The notes: a model not told the origin generated them from the sequence alone. 55,073 bases of DNA, filler included, from Blastocystis sp. subtype 4 (GCF_000743755.1; 2 parts of 2 records of this genome joined end to end with filler, not necessarily neighbours in it); one strand, 5' to 3'; shown: positions 24,356-39,584, counted from the whole stretch's first letter. Numbers and translations: made by a program.

Positions 24356-24628
24356 ATGAGTGCTACCAATTGCTATCATCCTCAATCATCAATTAGTGAG
24401 TATCGAGAAAGAGATGGTTGGAATGTCATCATTTCCTGAGATATAGGTGTCCCTTACTTTGAAAAGGGAAAACGATATACGAACCGTTCGTTTTCTCGTT
24501 ATCGACACCGCCAAGTGTTGGTTCTGTGTACTCGACTCATTTATAGAAATGAGCTTTCAGATGTTGATTTTGAACGCCTGTACTTTAAAGAATCCTTTCT
24601 TCAGAATCCTTGGAAAGAGGATGTGTAG
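24356..24628 (+). CDS. Small (~70 aa) MPLKIP/TTDN1-like protein, 3 exons, not in the ORF track
   Basis: Removing two ~30-nt introns gives MSATNCYHPQ...RHRQV|NELSDVDFERLYFKESFLQNPWKEDV*, resembling the YFxxSxLEDPW signature. Start uncertain. Confidence 0.55.
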
Positions 24629-24659
24629 AAAACAAAAAGATTCGCTCATTTTGCACTGT

Positions 24660-25389
24660 TTATTCTTTTAATTCACCACAATTAGCAATAATCACTCTCC
24701 TACACATCTAAAACACATACAAGGAGTACTTAGTAGGAATACCACTGCTGGATCCATAAGACTCAATCAAAGAAACTACATCCATTCCATCAAGCACACG
24801 ACCAAAAACCACATGCTTTCCATCTAACCACGGTGTTTTCACCTACAATGTATGAAAATAAAATCAACCACTGTAGTAATGAAAAATTGAGAACCATTCG
24901 TATCTGGTCCAGCATTAGCCATGGAAAGGAGTCCAGGTTTTGAATGCTTCAATCGAAATGTCTCATCTGCAAAATGCTCTCCGTAGATACTCTCTCCTCC
25001 TTTACCATTTCCCTTGGTAATGTCTCCTCCTTGAATCATAAAATGAGGAATGATGCGATGAAATGGAGTTCCTTTGTAGTACAATGGCTTTCCTGATTTT
25101 CCTAAACCCTTTTCTCCGGTACAAAGAAGTCGAAAATTGTGTACTGTTTTGGGTGCAATCTTCCCGAATCTATGGATTGAGCAAATATAGAAAAGATACA
25201 GTCCCATGGTAATCCGACCCACCGGTTGTCCATCAATTTCAATGTCGAAGAATACCTTGGAAGTGATTGTCGGACCCTTTTTCTAGAATCAAAGTTGACA
25301 TAGTGATCTACTTTTGGTGTTTGCGGTTCTTCCGAAATACAATAGGAGAGTAGAGTACAGAGGAATAACACTAACAACGAATACTGCAT
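24660..25389 (-). CDS. Cyclophilin-type PPIase with signal peptide (cyclophilin B-like)
   Basis: [32 protein letters not shown] and [10 protein letters not shown]; hydrophobic N-terminus. Confidence 0.93.
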
Positions 25390-25504
25390 TGTTGAGGAGA
25401 ATGGACTAGAACCAGTTTTACGACAAATTGGGGCAAAAGCGTCAAGTCGATAACTCTATACTTCTTAGGTTTGAACACCTATTTCCATTCTATTGTGTGA
25501 AGGG

Positions 25505-27049
25505 ATGACACGAAGTGTATTGATTCTTCTTATATTCACTCTCTTTGGAGTCCTGGCTGAGCCTATTGTTTATGAGAATTCCAATGTGATAAAGACTGTG
25601 GATCTCACAAAACCCATTGTAAAAGTTATTCTACGTCTTACTGTTCACACCATCGGAACTGAGAATGCGGAGTACGTTGTAGCGATTCCAAAGCATGATT
25701 TCGATCATCTCTCCTATATTGAAGCCAATTCATCCAAGAAAATGCCCCTAAGTATCAAGTTCATGAAGATGGATGAAGAGTGGGTTTTTGTTCCTTATTC
25801 TTATTTGTAGAAATGGCGTTGCTCTCTACAGTATTGGAAACCCCAAAGAAATTGTGGATAAATCTGTCTTCTCTGTGACATACTACTTGACGCATGTTCT
25901 TGAGTCACTTCCAGCCTATGTGAAGCAGGTATGTGCAGTTTATCAGATTTATCTATAAGGACGAAACGCCCAAGTATGTTTACAACGATTTGCTTATGGT
26001 TCAATCTCCTTACACCACATTGTCCCAGGAGATTCGATACAAACTTCCGTCGTCCTCTTATGAATCAGTGACCAAGGATGCGAAATTGTCAGTTCAAGAC
26101 AGTGTCATCACCTATGGTCCTTATGCTTCCATGGATCCATTTTCATCCAAGAAGACTGTTCGACTTCACTTTTCTTCGCTAGCTCATTTTATTACCTTTG
26201 ACAAGTCCTTGAATGATATCATTTTGATTTGTAGAGTGGAGCGTGAGATTGAAGTCTCCCACTGGGGTAATGTAGCCATTGAGGAAGTGATTCATGCTCG
26301 TAACAGTGGTACTCCTCTGACTGGTGAGTTTTCTCGATTGGATTACTTCAAATCAGATCCTGATCAGATCTCTGCTTGGGGTGATCCTGTAAAGAATTTG
26401 TGACATATAGAGATATTGACTGGTCGTATTGACAAGCGTGCATTTGATATCTATTATCGTGATATTATTGGAAATATCACTACAAGTAATGTACGCAAAG
26501 AAGCAGATGGTGTGAATGTTGAATTAACTATGCGTTTCCCCATGATGGGAGGATGGAAGAATGAATTCTATTGGGGGTATGGAAGCATTCAGAATGACAA
26601 TTAGTTATAATCTTCCTTCGGGTCGTGTATTGAAGAAGCAAGGATCTCGTTTCTCTCTGAAGGTCCCGTACAGTACTCCCATCACAAATGCAGATGTTCG
26701 TGAATTGTCGGTTCGTGTCATTCTTCCCGAGTGTGTGAAGAATGTTCGTTTTGTCCTACCTGAAGGAGTTGCTCAGCCTACACTCGATTATCGGTATGTG
26801 AAGATAGAATGAGTGACCATTAGCTACACCTACTTAGATAGTAGTTTTGAAGGAAGGCCTGTATATGAGTTCAAAATGAGCAATTTGATTGATGTGCAAA
26901 AAGGTGATACAATCACGGTGTCATATGATTTGAATCCAATAATGTTGTGGAGGGAACCTCTGATGTGTATTTCGGCATTCTTCGTAATCTTCCTGGTGAA
27001 GGCGGTTGTGAAGAAGCTTTATGGAGTAAATAAAGAAAAGAAAGATTAG
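25505..27049 (+). CDS. RPN1: Ribophorin I (oligosaccharyltransferase subunit 1/OST1)
   Basis: Signal peptide, REIEVSHWGNVAIEE, YYRDIIGNITTS, RFPMMGGWK, YTYLD and WREPL followed by a TM. Confidence 0.93.
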
Positions 27050-27243
27050 TGTTGGGTCTGTTCTTTGTTTGTTAAAAGGAAGTGCATTTCCATTTCAACT
27101 TGGGGGTTAAGTAGTGCAAAATTCAAGAATACCTATAGAAATTACGGAGATTTCATTTATCCTTCCCCCACCTTTGACCAGTCATTTGGAATTGTCATTT
27201 CCAGTTTTTCTTCTATTCTTACTTTTGAATTCTCTTTTTCTAA

Positions 27244-27514
27244 ATGGTATGATGAAATTGGATAGGAAATGCTAATTAGCGTAGGCTCCTGCTAAGAAAG
27301 CTGCTCCTGTTGCGAATCCCATCTTTACTCCCACTCCCAAGTCTTTCAAGATTGGTGGTGATGTTATGGTAGGGTGGTGTGTTGATAGGGAGTGATTGGT
27401 AGCACAAGTCCGATCTGTCCCGTTTCCTCAAGTGGCCTCGTTACATTGTTCTCCAGAGACAACGTAAGGTGCTGAGCGAGCGTCTGAAGGTTCCTCCCAC
27501 TGTGAATCAGTTCA
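27244..27514 (+). CDS. RPL7A: 60S ribosomal protein L7a (eL8), 5' part truncated by the contig end
   Basis: Spliced [66 protein letters not shown]. Confidence 0.93.
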
Positions 27515-27614
27515 NNNNNNNNNNNNNNNNNNNNNNNNNNNNNNNNNNNNNNNNNNNNTTAATTAATTAANNNNNNNNNNNNNNNNNNNNNNNNNNNNNN
27601 NNNNNNNNNNNNNN
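27515..27614. other. Artificial contig-joining linker (44 N + TTAATTAATTAA + 44 N)
   Basis: Exactly 100 nt with a central six-frame stop cassette. Confidence 0.95.
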
Positions 27615-28314
27615 GATCAGACGGGTTAGGGCGCTTTCCACTAGATATGACCGTTCTTGTTTTCATTTCTTTCACTAACCCTTTTCAACAACACATTCTT
27701 ATCCTCACATCATATCATACTATCACAAGTGTAGAAATGGATTCAATACTGCCTTAAGTAGTACTTATGATAGTGTATTCATACCCTGAAATTGACTATC
27801 ATATCCTCCGCTATATTCTATATCCTATTCTATCAATTGCTTGTTATGATTATACAGATGAGAAGGTGATAGTTGTCATTCACTTGGAGCTGGCGATAGG
27901 TAGTTTTTTGATATATGGTATTGGTTACCATTCCAATGGTGACATGAAGAATTGAGAATATGGATAAACGATAGGGTTGAGGCATCTCTCTTTAGATTAT
28001 GTCGTTTAATATTCAGTTGCTCCCTATACAAGTGGCTCTCAAAAATGGATTACATTATCGGATAGTTTCGTATTATCATTCTCGAATGGCCAAATTGGAC
28101 GATGCGAAAATACCGCCTTACAAAATGGTTATAGGAAACCTCTGTCTTCAACCCACAAAGTACTTAGTCGTGAAAAAGTATGTTTATATCCTCATCAGAG
28201 GGAGTGTGTCACCAATAAATCCACTTTTCGAGACTATTTTCAGAGATGAATTGTTCCGATGCTACCATCTGTTGAGCAATTCTCGATACAATTGCATATT
28301 TTATTTTGTAAGCT

Positions 28315-29531
28315 ATGAAATCCCTTTCAATTGCTCTGCTGGTATTGGCATTGGCCTCAGCTACTAACTGGGTTGTGTTGGTGTGTGGATCTGAAGGTTA
28401 CAGCAATTACCGTCACCATGCTGATATGTACATTTTATTCATATTTTTCATTCTGTAGTTCGCATGCTTATCAGATTGTGAAGGCTGGAGGTATTGATCC
28501 TGACCACATTATTACGATGATGTTCAACGATGTTCCTACTGCTTCTAGCAATCCTTTCCCTGGTCAACTGTATAACCATCCTGGTGATGATGCTCGTGAT
28601 GTCTATGCTGGTGTTGTTGTGGATTATGAGAAGACAGAAGTATCTCCTGAGAATCTGGTGAAGGGTTTTGACTGGAGATGAAAGCACTGGAAAGAAGGTT
28701 CTCAAGTCGACTGAAGAGGATAATGTGTTCCTGTTCTTCTCGGATCATGGTGGTGCAGATATGCTTGCCATGCCTGGTGGCAATATCCATAGCAAGGATC
28801 TTCTGAATGCTATTCAGACAATGCACGATAAGAAGATGTACAAGATCTATATTGAGGCTTGCTACTCTGGATCCATGTTCTTGAACCTTCCTGAGGATCT
28901 GAATGTTGTTGCCATTACTGCTGCCAATGATAAGGAGTCGAGCTATGGTTGGTATTGTGGTTCGGAGTCTGTTGTCAAGGGAAAGCAGGTAGGACCTTGT
29001 TTGGGAGATGAGTTCTCTGTGTACTGGATGGAAGATGCTGATAAGGGTGAGGAAGAGACCGAAACTCTTGATGAGCAGTTCCATCGCCTTGTTAAGGGAG
29101 TGACTAAGAGTCATGTTAGCATTTATGGTGATCAGTCCTTCATGAATGATGTTATTGGAGAGTATATTGGTTATCCCAAGAAGACTGCTGTTGAACATCA
29201 GATGTCCTTTGAGACTTGGGATTCTCGTGATAACGAGATGTTGTTCCGTCTCTTCATGGCTGACCATACTACTGGAAAGGAACAGAAGAAATGGAGAGCT
29301 GCTTATGAGGAGGAAGTTGCTAACAGAAAGGCTATTGACAAGTACTTTGCCTCCCTCACTACAGAGCCTAGAATGTATCAGGATGTAAGTGGTGTGAAGA
29401 ATGTGAATTGCTACAAGAGTGCTATTGAGCAGTTCACCTCGACTATGGGCTACAGTGACTACGCTCTTAAGTACTTCAAGGTGTTTGCTAACATCTGCAA
29501 CGCTAATCCTAAGGCCTTCAGTGGTTATTAA
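28315..29531 (+). CDS. Legumain (asparaginyl endopeptidase, C13) with an apparent +1 frameshift (sequence error or pseudogene)
   Basis: Signal peptide, NYRHHAD, catalytic SDHG and EACYSGSMF. Extra base at 28663-28669. Confidence 0.88.
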
Positions 29532-29617
29532 TGGATTCCACCAATTCTGTTTGTTCAGGAAAGAGTTCGTTGTCATTTATTGTGGATAAACCCTCCGTTC
29601 TTATACACAAATCCACC

Positions 29618-31173
29618 ATGGAGCTGGTGATTCTCTGTAATGGTGACGAAGTGAAGGTAATCGGATGCATATGTCCTGTAATTGGGAATCTGATCATTTC
29701 TGATTGTGAAGGAAACCTAATTGCTGGTTCGTTTGATGATGAGCAGAATGGACAATTTGCCACTATGAACATGTACTCAACAAGAATTACTGGTCTATTC
29801 AATGTTTACAATGGAGTTATTGATTCTTCGGAGGATATAGATCTGGCTGAACCAGGGATTCTCGATTTATCAGATGACGGCGATCGTTGGGAAGGTCTGG
29901 TATTTCACGGAAAACCATTTGGTTGGGGTTCCTTTATGAATTCTCGGAATCTCTTTTCGTATGTGGGATTTATGATCAATGGACAGAGAGTAGGATTTGG
30001 CTATGATTATTTTCCTGATATCGATAACGAAGTTGTAGAATATGAAGGAAACTATTGTTTTGATCAACGGTTCGGAATTGGGCGCATCTATGACTTGCAA
30101 GGAAATGCCCTTCGGGATGGATTTATTGTTGGTTCTTCAATGCAAGTTATTCCCTCTATGTCTGATGACATTTGTATGTTACAGACTTGGGTCGAATCAC
30201 TAGTTATTTCTTCGTGTTGCTGTCGATACAAATCATTTTGTACCTTTTCATTTGATATCTTGTCAATGCTGAGTCAATTGAAGAGCCTCTCTATTGCATC
30301 AGGTTGTTTCCAACATTTTGAATCCTTTTCTCTTCATAACCTGGATCAGCTGGAGAGTATAGTTATTGAAGATTCTTCTTTTGTACTGAGTGCTGTGAAT
30401 CAAGAAGTCTTTCATCCAAAGGCATTTTTTTCGCTTCAGAATTGCAGAAATCTAAAATCTATATCTATTGGCAAAGGATCATTTCAGTTTTTTGGGTTGT
30501 TTCACCTCTCTGAGCTCAAATCATTGGAAGATCTGATAATGAAGGGTTCCAATTTTTCTCAGGCAGCTTCGTTTTGTCTTAAAGGTAGTTCCTTTTGTTC
30601 GTTTTAATGTAGATCTTCCAAAGATAAGGAAGTGCTCTCTTTCAGATAACTGTTTTCAAAGTGTTAAGAGTATCACTTTTGATAGTAAGACTGAATACAG
30701 GTCCTAAGAATAGATCTACCGCAACTCACTTCTATTATGTTGGGAAACCATGCATTCGATGGATATCATGGGAAGCGGGATGTTTTGTGTCTGCAGAAGA
30801 ATTCCTTGACCTTGAATGGTAGTTGTACGAAGCCCTTCTCAGTTAGATCTCCCATCTCTTCAAGTTTTAGAATCTGCTAGCGAAAAACCGTTTCTGTTTA
30901 TTGAAGCTCTTAAAGTTGATAGTATCTTTATTGCGTTGGATTGACGTAGATGTTCCAGGATTACAGGAGATCAAGAATTCAGAATGGTTTAACTGTCTCA
31001 AAGTGTTTTCGGTTAATGGTGGATGTAGTGCTTAAGGATAAGATATAGATTGTAAAGCGCTGGAGGTTATCACCTCATGTCAGTGGAATTCTAAATTGGT
31101 AGAATCAGATCCGAAATTATGGAAACCCCATCTCTTCAGTATGAATAAAAGTGATGCAGCAAGTGGAATATAG
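29618..31173 (+). CDS. MORN-like repeat plus BspA-like leucine-rich repeat protein, multi-exon
   Basis: GDRWEG...KPFGWG, YVGFMINGQRVGFG and YEGNYCFDQRFGIG, then LxLxxLxxLxxIxIGxxSF repeats on short exons. The ATG in CCACCATGG context at 29618 is preferred over 29531. Confidence 0.75.
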
Positions 31174-31341
31174 GAATGTTTGTTCCAATCCGTTTACCCT
31201 TTCTTATTGAATCGATAAGGACTGTGTTGTAGGTATTTGTGGACTCATCCTTGTAACATCCATCTCCTATTTAGAGCATCCTGTCATCAACTACTCTATA
31301 CAGCCATCACTTATGTTAAACTATAAACCCCAACAAACACA

Positions 31342-34385
<3,044 letters not shown>

Positions 34386-34412
34386 ACTACTAAAAGACTA
34401 TTGTATTAGACT

Positions 34413-35164
34413 CTACTTAAAGGATTCCAAATCCCTACAGAATAAAATGAAGTAACCACTGGATATTTGGTTGGAATTGGGAATGGGTCGATCCCCGCGA
34501 TTCTCGGTGATTTGGTCAATGAGATAATGTAGGGGTGGAAGAGTATGGGAAGACGGAATTGGAAGAATACGAGAAAATGAAATTGGAAGTAGAGTTGATG
34601 TGGAAGAAGGGAGGAGAAGGAGAATAGAGGTTGACAGAATTATGCTGGAAGTGGACTTGGGAACCAAAGGCAGAATTAGGAAGGCATAAAGTGAAAAATC
34701 GAAGGAAATGGACTTGTTTTAGTTGGTACAAGAAACAGTAACATTTTACTTCTTCTGAACCAACTGGTTTTCCTTCAAGGCAATGATAAAAGGCCTGAAT
34801 AGCATTCTCTGCAGTTCCAAGGTTTCTTACAAGCTCATTCCTCTGACTACTCTTGTATCGAATACTACATATCACGACCACATAATGTACACTGCTCCTC
34901 GATGTGTTCTGTAATTGGTGTCATCTGATTCTGAATCGTCTCCACAATCTGGGACGCTAGTTGAGTAAACAGAATTTCCAAATCGTCTTGCATTCCTAAT
35001 CGTCATAAGAGCTCACCATTTACACTTGTTACCAACAACTCTATTTTCTTTTCAGTATCTGCTAGTCTCTGTCGGAAGTACACTACAGATTCTTCTTCTT
35101 GACTTTCTGTTGTTTCATTCGAAGCTCCAGTATTCTCATTTGTTAAGCCTTCGTGTTGTTCCAT
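34413..35164 (-). CDS. Hypothetical protein, multi-exon
   Basis: Chain of short ORFs separated by GT-AG introns; no family recognised; boundaries tentative. Confidence 0.45.
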
Positions 35165-35303
35165 TCGAGTCGTTCTGATATTTTCAAATCGAAATAACAA
35201 ACGAGTAGTTCAATCACATCATGGAGGGAAAACGAAACATTCTTTTTTTCGCACAAGCCCCTAGTCGCTTGAGTCACCACTTCAGTTTGTCAATGACAAT
35301 GCT

Positions 35304-37323
35304 ATGCAAACTGTCTATCCTCTTCTTATCCTTTGTTTAGCTTGTCTGAGTGCCTGGTTCTTTATCTATGGAGTTTTTACTATCCATTCATCGGTTCTAG
35401 CCCACTTGAGGATTACTCCTGTTTATCCGGCAGTTGTATTAGATGAACATAGTGCAACGTATTTTACTACTTCTTTCCTGTTATCTAGGGATACATCGAC
35501 TGAAGAACAGTTTTCTCCTGTTCTTGATCAGAATATTGCAGATAATCCGCTGTATACTGAACAGGTGAATAAAATATCCGTTGAGACTCCAACGACAGTG
35601 ATTCCTACACAGAAGTGGACTCTAGTTATGGTTAACCGAACACACTCATCCTTTTCATCTCAAACAGCAATCACAGAACCCTATTGGAACCAGACCTCGT
35701 TTTATATGAATCTAGGTCAATTCTATGAACAACAACCCCTTTATCTACATTTGTCGAACCATCTGAACTCTTTTTCATCTCGTTCCCAGTGTCTTCAGTG
35801 TGGATCCCACTATCCTCTCCTCACATCCATTCTAGCAGATGAACTTGAATGGAACTATCGTTTTTATTATTTTAATGACTCGTGGTAGGTTTGGATGCTG
35901 TCATCCATCTCAGGATCCCTCGATTCATTCGTCTACAGGAAGAAGTCTATTCTCATTACCGTTCCGTGTAATTCTTTGTTACCATTTTCATTCTTAGAAA
36001 TCGGTCAAAGTTCGATAATATGGCCGAAAGGTCGAAATCTCGTAGTTGCATTATTTATAGTCATTATTCGCGTATGCGCGTACAATATGCTCTTGATTCG
36101 GGATCAGGGTGGATTCAAGGTCGCAATCTTTGTTATCAACCTAAGAAGCAACTCTGGCATTCCTATTCAATTCGAGGTAACCCCATTAACATACGGGCCT
36201 ACGGCAAACAATGTATCAATTCAATCTCTCTTTAGTGTAGTTTTCCGCTATGGCTGGAACTTTGAGTATCACAAGGGAGAACCCCCAGCATCCAATGTTC
36301 TGTGGTTGAATGATACTGGAAGTTACATCGCCATTGCTTTCCGTCCGAAACATATCACGCACTTTGCAGAGAGTGTCAATTTGCTGTTGCTGAAGCTTCT
36401 TGCCCCTGAGGGGTTTCCAACGGTCGTAGAAGCCTCCTCCTCTCATTTGTAGTTCAAGTCGCTTTATCTCCCAACATTTCGTGATTTTGAAGAGTACCCA
36501 TGGTCCAAAACCTATCTTCATCTCCTTCTAGACTCCTTTCCTGATCTTCCTCCTCCTTCCGTCTATCCAGTGGAAGGAATTCTCTCGATCTTGCGCAAAC
36601 ATAATCGACCCACATATTTGTGTTTTCGTCGAGTGACTCTGATGGATCGAATGGCCTTCAATAAAGATGGAGGTATATTCGCTGGTTTTTTTTCCATCGA
36701 CTGGATGCGAGCACTTTCCTATAAGCATGCGAATGTTCGTCCTATGACTGTTACTCTTCAAACCCTCAAAATGGGAGTACTAGAACGAGGGGCAGATCGG
36801 AAATGGATCAACCTCTTGATGTATCTCCGTGCCATCAAGATCCGATTTGGAGATGTACACTTCTATCAATCTATTGAGCATAGAGACTCCGGACACATCG
36901 AATGAAGATCGGTAAAACATATGCGGAGCAAGTGCTTCAGTTTTACCAGATCGATATTGTATTGGGAGGACATGGAAGCGCAATGGCAAACGTCTTCTTT
37001 ATGAGACCAAATTCAGCTCTCATTGAATGTAATCCTCCTTACTTCTTTGAAATGTGTTTTGCCAATATTGCCTTTATTTCTCGTGTTCATTATATTAGTG
37101 TAACCAATTATAATGCTTCTGGAATTGATATCACTCAAAAGCAAGCAGAGCATCTCTATGCAAAGGGAACGTTCTTTTTGTATCGAAGACGGTTTGCCAA
37201 GTTTAACATCTTTCCAAATGTTTTTGCGGTTGTTAGTGCTGTTGAAGATGCTATGGAGTATGTTTACCGGAAGAGATTTGTCCATTTACAAAATGATCAG
37301 TGGTCACGCGTATTTTTGGAGTG
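35304..37323 (+). CDS. GT61 (DUF563) glycosyltransferase, type II membrane; stop predicted as UG+A from the poly(A) tail
   Basis: N-terminal TM; DIVLGGHGSAMANVFFMRPNSALIE matches the GT61 HGAxLTN region. In-frame TG|GGAG|TGTTTGTT at 37322-37335; the genomic stop comes only at 37364-37366. Confidence 0.75.
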
Positions 37324-37606
37324 GGAGTGTTTGTTGAAAAGGGTAACTGATCATGGACTGTACTAGAATGGTATATTACTTTTTTAACGGATTGAGAGGC
37401 ATCAGCAGTCCATGCTGGAGTAAGTGTCATTCCCAGCTATAATACATCCTTTGTTCTCGTTTAACAACATTCATTGATGAATAAAATACAACTGTCCTCG
37501 CAAACAAACACTCCATGAATGATGACAACTTACGACTGCGACAGTGACACATTGCGGCGGCGCAATTGACGAATCACTTTTAAATCACTCCTTTCAATTA
37601 TCTGTC

Positions 37607-38197
37607 ATGTTTGCAAAAGGTAGTCGCATCAAAATACCATAAGAAATAGAAGGAAACATGCAACCTTCCGAGCAAAAGAATCGTACTCTTCCTCCTCTCA
37701 AATCATTCTCATAGCAACGCCGTCTACACAGCAATATCAACAAATGCCACCAAACGCCAACCAGCAGAATACCTCCTTTTCGCAACAGCAGTCATCATCT
37801 CAACAACTCCAACCCACCATAATTGCACCCTACATTGTTCCATTATCCTTGAATCTTCATTTGTAGCCTGTTGTACGGCCTCAGCAGTTTAGTAATGGCC
37901 AAAACTATTATCTATTGCCGAGCGATGAAATCCAGAAGATGCTACAGCAAAATGCGTTGATTATTCGAAAGTTCATCTCCGATGTGAAGAGTGGAAGTAG
38001 AATTATTTTGAATATTTCATCTAGAACAAATTGACGTAACAGAATACTCAGGTCTTCATACAAGTGTCTATCTGCTCTCTCTCTTCACCAAACAAAAGAA
38101 TGGTTCGCTAGCCAAATCAGGTGTTGCTGTTAGTACATATCAGACGTTGATAAAGAAAATGAAACAAGTCCAACTACAAGTGCAAAACAAACAGTGA
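37607..38197 (+). CDS. SSXT-domain protein (SS18/GIF-like, SWI/SNF-associated), not in the ORF track
   Basis: Q/P-rich exons, then EIQKMLQQNALIIRKFISDVKSG|KQIDVTEYSGLHTSVYLL, matching the SS18 pattern IQKML..N..LI.......GK.....Y...LH. Start could instead be 37658. Confidence 0.6.
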
Positions 38198-38211
38198 AAC
38201 TATTTGTTCCA

Positions 38212-39584
38212 TTAAACCTTTGACTTCTTCATATATCTAGGCACATTTCCAGGCAACGAACGTTCATTCTGTATCTCCTCTCGTACCTTCTCCTTGCGGC
38301 GAATTGCTACAGACTCTGCCATCTTCACATTTCTACTCCACTTTTCACGACGAACAGCCAACGAATTACGCTGACGTATCTGCTCCGCCATTTTTGCCTC
38401 ACGTTTCTTACGTTCCTCCTCCTGATCCCTCAACATTGCCCCAAAACTCAGTGTCTCTCTCATGTATCGTTGCGATGGGTGACTTGTCTCTAATCGCACA
38501 ATCGCTTTCACCGGATTCTTTACAGGCAGCACTGGCTTCGTCTCTAAAACGCGCTGCTGTGCTGCTTTTGTCAGAAGCATGTAATGAGGAAGACTTGATG
38601 TATCCACTTCTCGAATGGCCTCTACAGGTATATGGCGAACAGGTGGCTCCTCTGGAATCGGCTCCAGTAACTTCTTATATGCCTCCGTTGTTTGCATATA
38701 TCGAGGAATGTTCGTAGGATCCACTTCCTTAATTCTATGAGAAGGAACAGGATTGGGTTTTTGTGACGGTTCAATCGACTTCTTGAAAGACTCTGTTACC
38801 TGCATGTACCGAGGCATGTTATTGGGATCCACTTCACGGATCTGTGCCGCCGAAATACGTTGTTTCGGTGGCTCAGGAGCAATGGAGCGTCGATATGCGA
38901 CAGTATCACGCATGTACCTAGGACAATTGTCAGGATCCACCTCTTTGATTTGGCTTGAGCGAACAGGCGCAGCTGCTGGAACAACAGAGGTGCGCGAGAT
39001 GAACGAAGCAGTTGGTCGCATAAAACGTGGTACCTCATCCGATTTGAGAGGTTCTACTACCGAAGGACAATACTTCTTCTGAATAGCAGCTACTGACTTG
39101 CGGTAATTCTCTTCTTGGATAATCGCTGCACGACGATTTGAAGATGCAGTAGGACGCAAGTAATTTGGACACAAATCCCTTGGTTTCGCTGAATGCTTTT
39201 CTTGACACAGCGCATCAATACTATCTCCGTCCGAATTATCTCCTTTCGAATCTTCATCCTAAGAAGTCACTAAATCAATGCAAACAAACGTCATGTCGTA
39301 AACCCTTCACAAAGGAAGGCTCCAGTACTGGCTCAGAAGTGCATTCTGCTGCAGTAGCATTCTTTGTTTCTTCCTTCTTATTACTCTTGGTACTTCCCGA
39401 CTTGTTCTGAACAATAACACCAACTACATACTTGACGATCCTCTACCATATCCTGGTTTTCTTCTTCATGGTTCACAACAGGATCCATAGGTGAAGGCCT
39501 CTCCAGTGATATTTGAATGCACACTCCAAATCCATCCTGCAAATGGAATTGGAAAAATTCTGTCGATTTGTTAACAATATCCAT
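38212..39584 (-). CDS. Basic protein with ~8 P-x-[YF]-[ML]-x-x-T repeats
   Basis: PNYLRPTASS, PRFMRPTASF, PRYMRDT, PRYMQVT, PRYMQTT, PHYMLLT, QRYMRET and PRYMKK. 5' exons inferred. Confidence 0.65.

Noticed and set aside
37380..37520. Possible H/ACA snoRNA (GCTGG...CCAGC hairpin, ATAATA, ACA) and an orphan minus-strand TGTTTGTT at 37510-37503
   Set aside because: Stems are weak, the boxes are short enough to occur by chance, and no target was identified.
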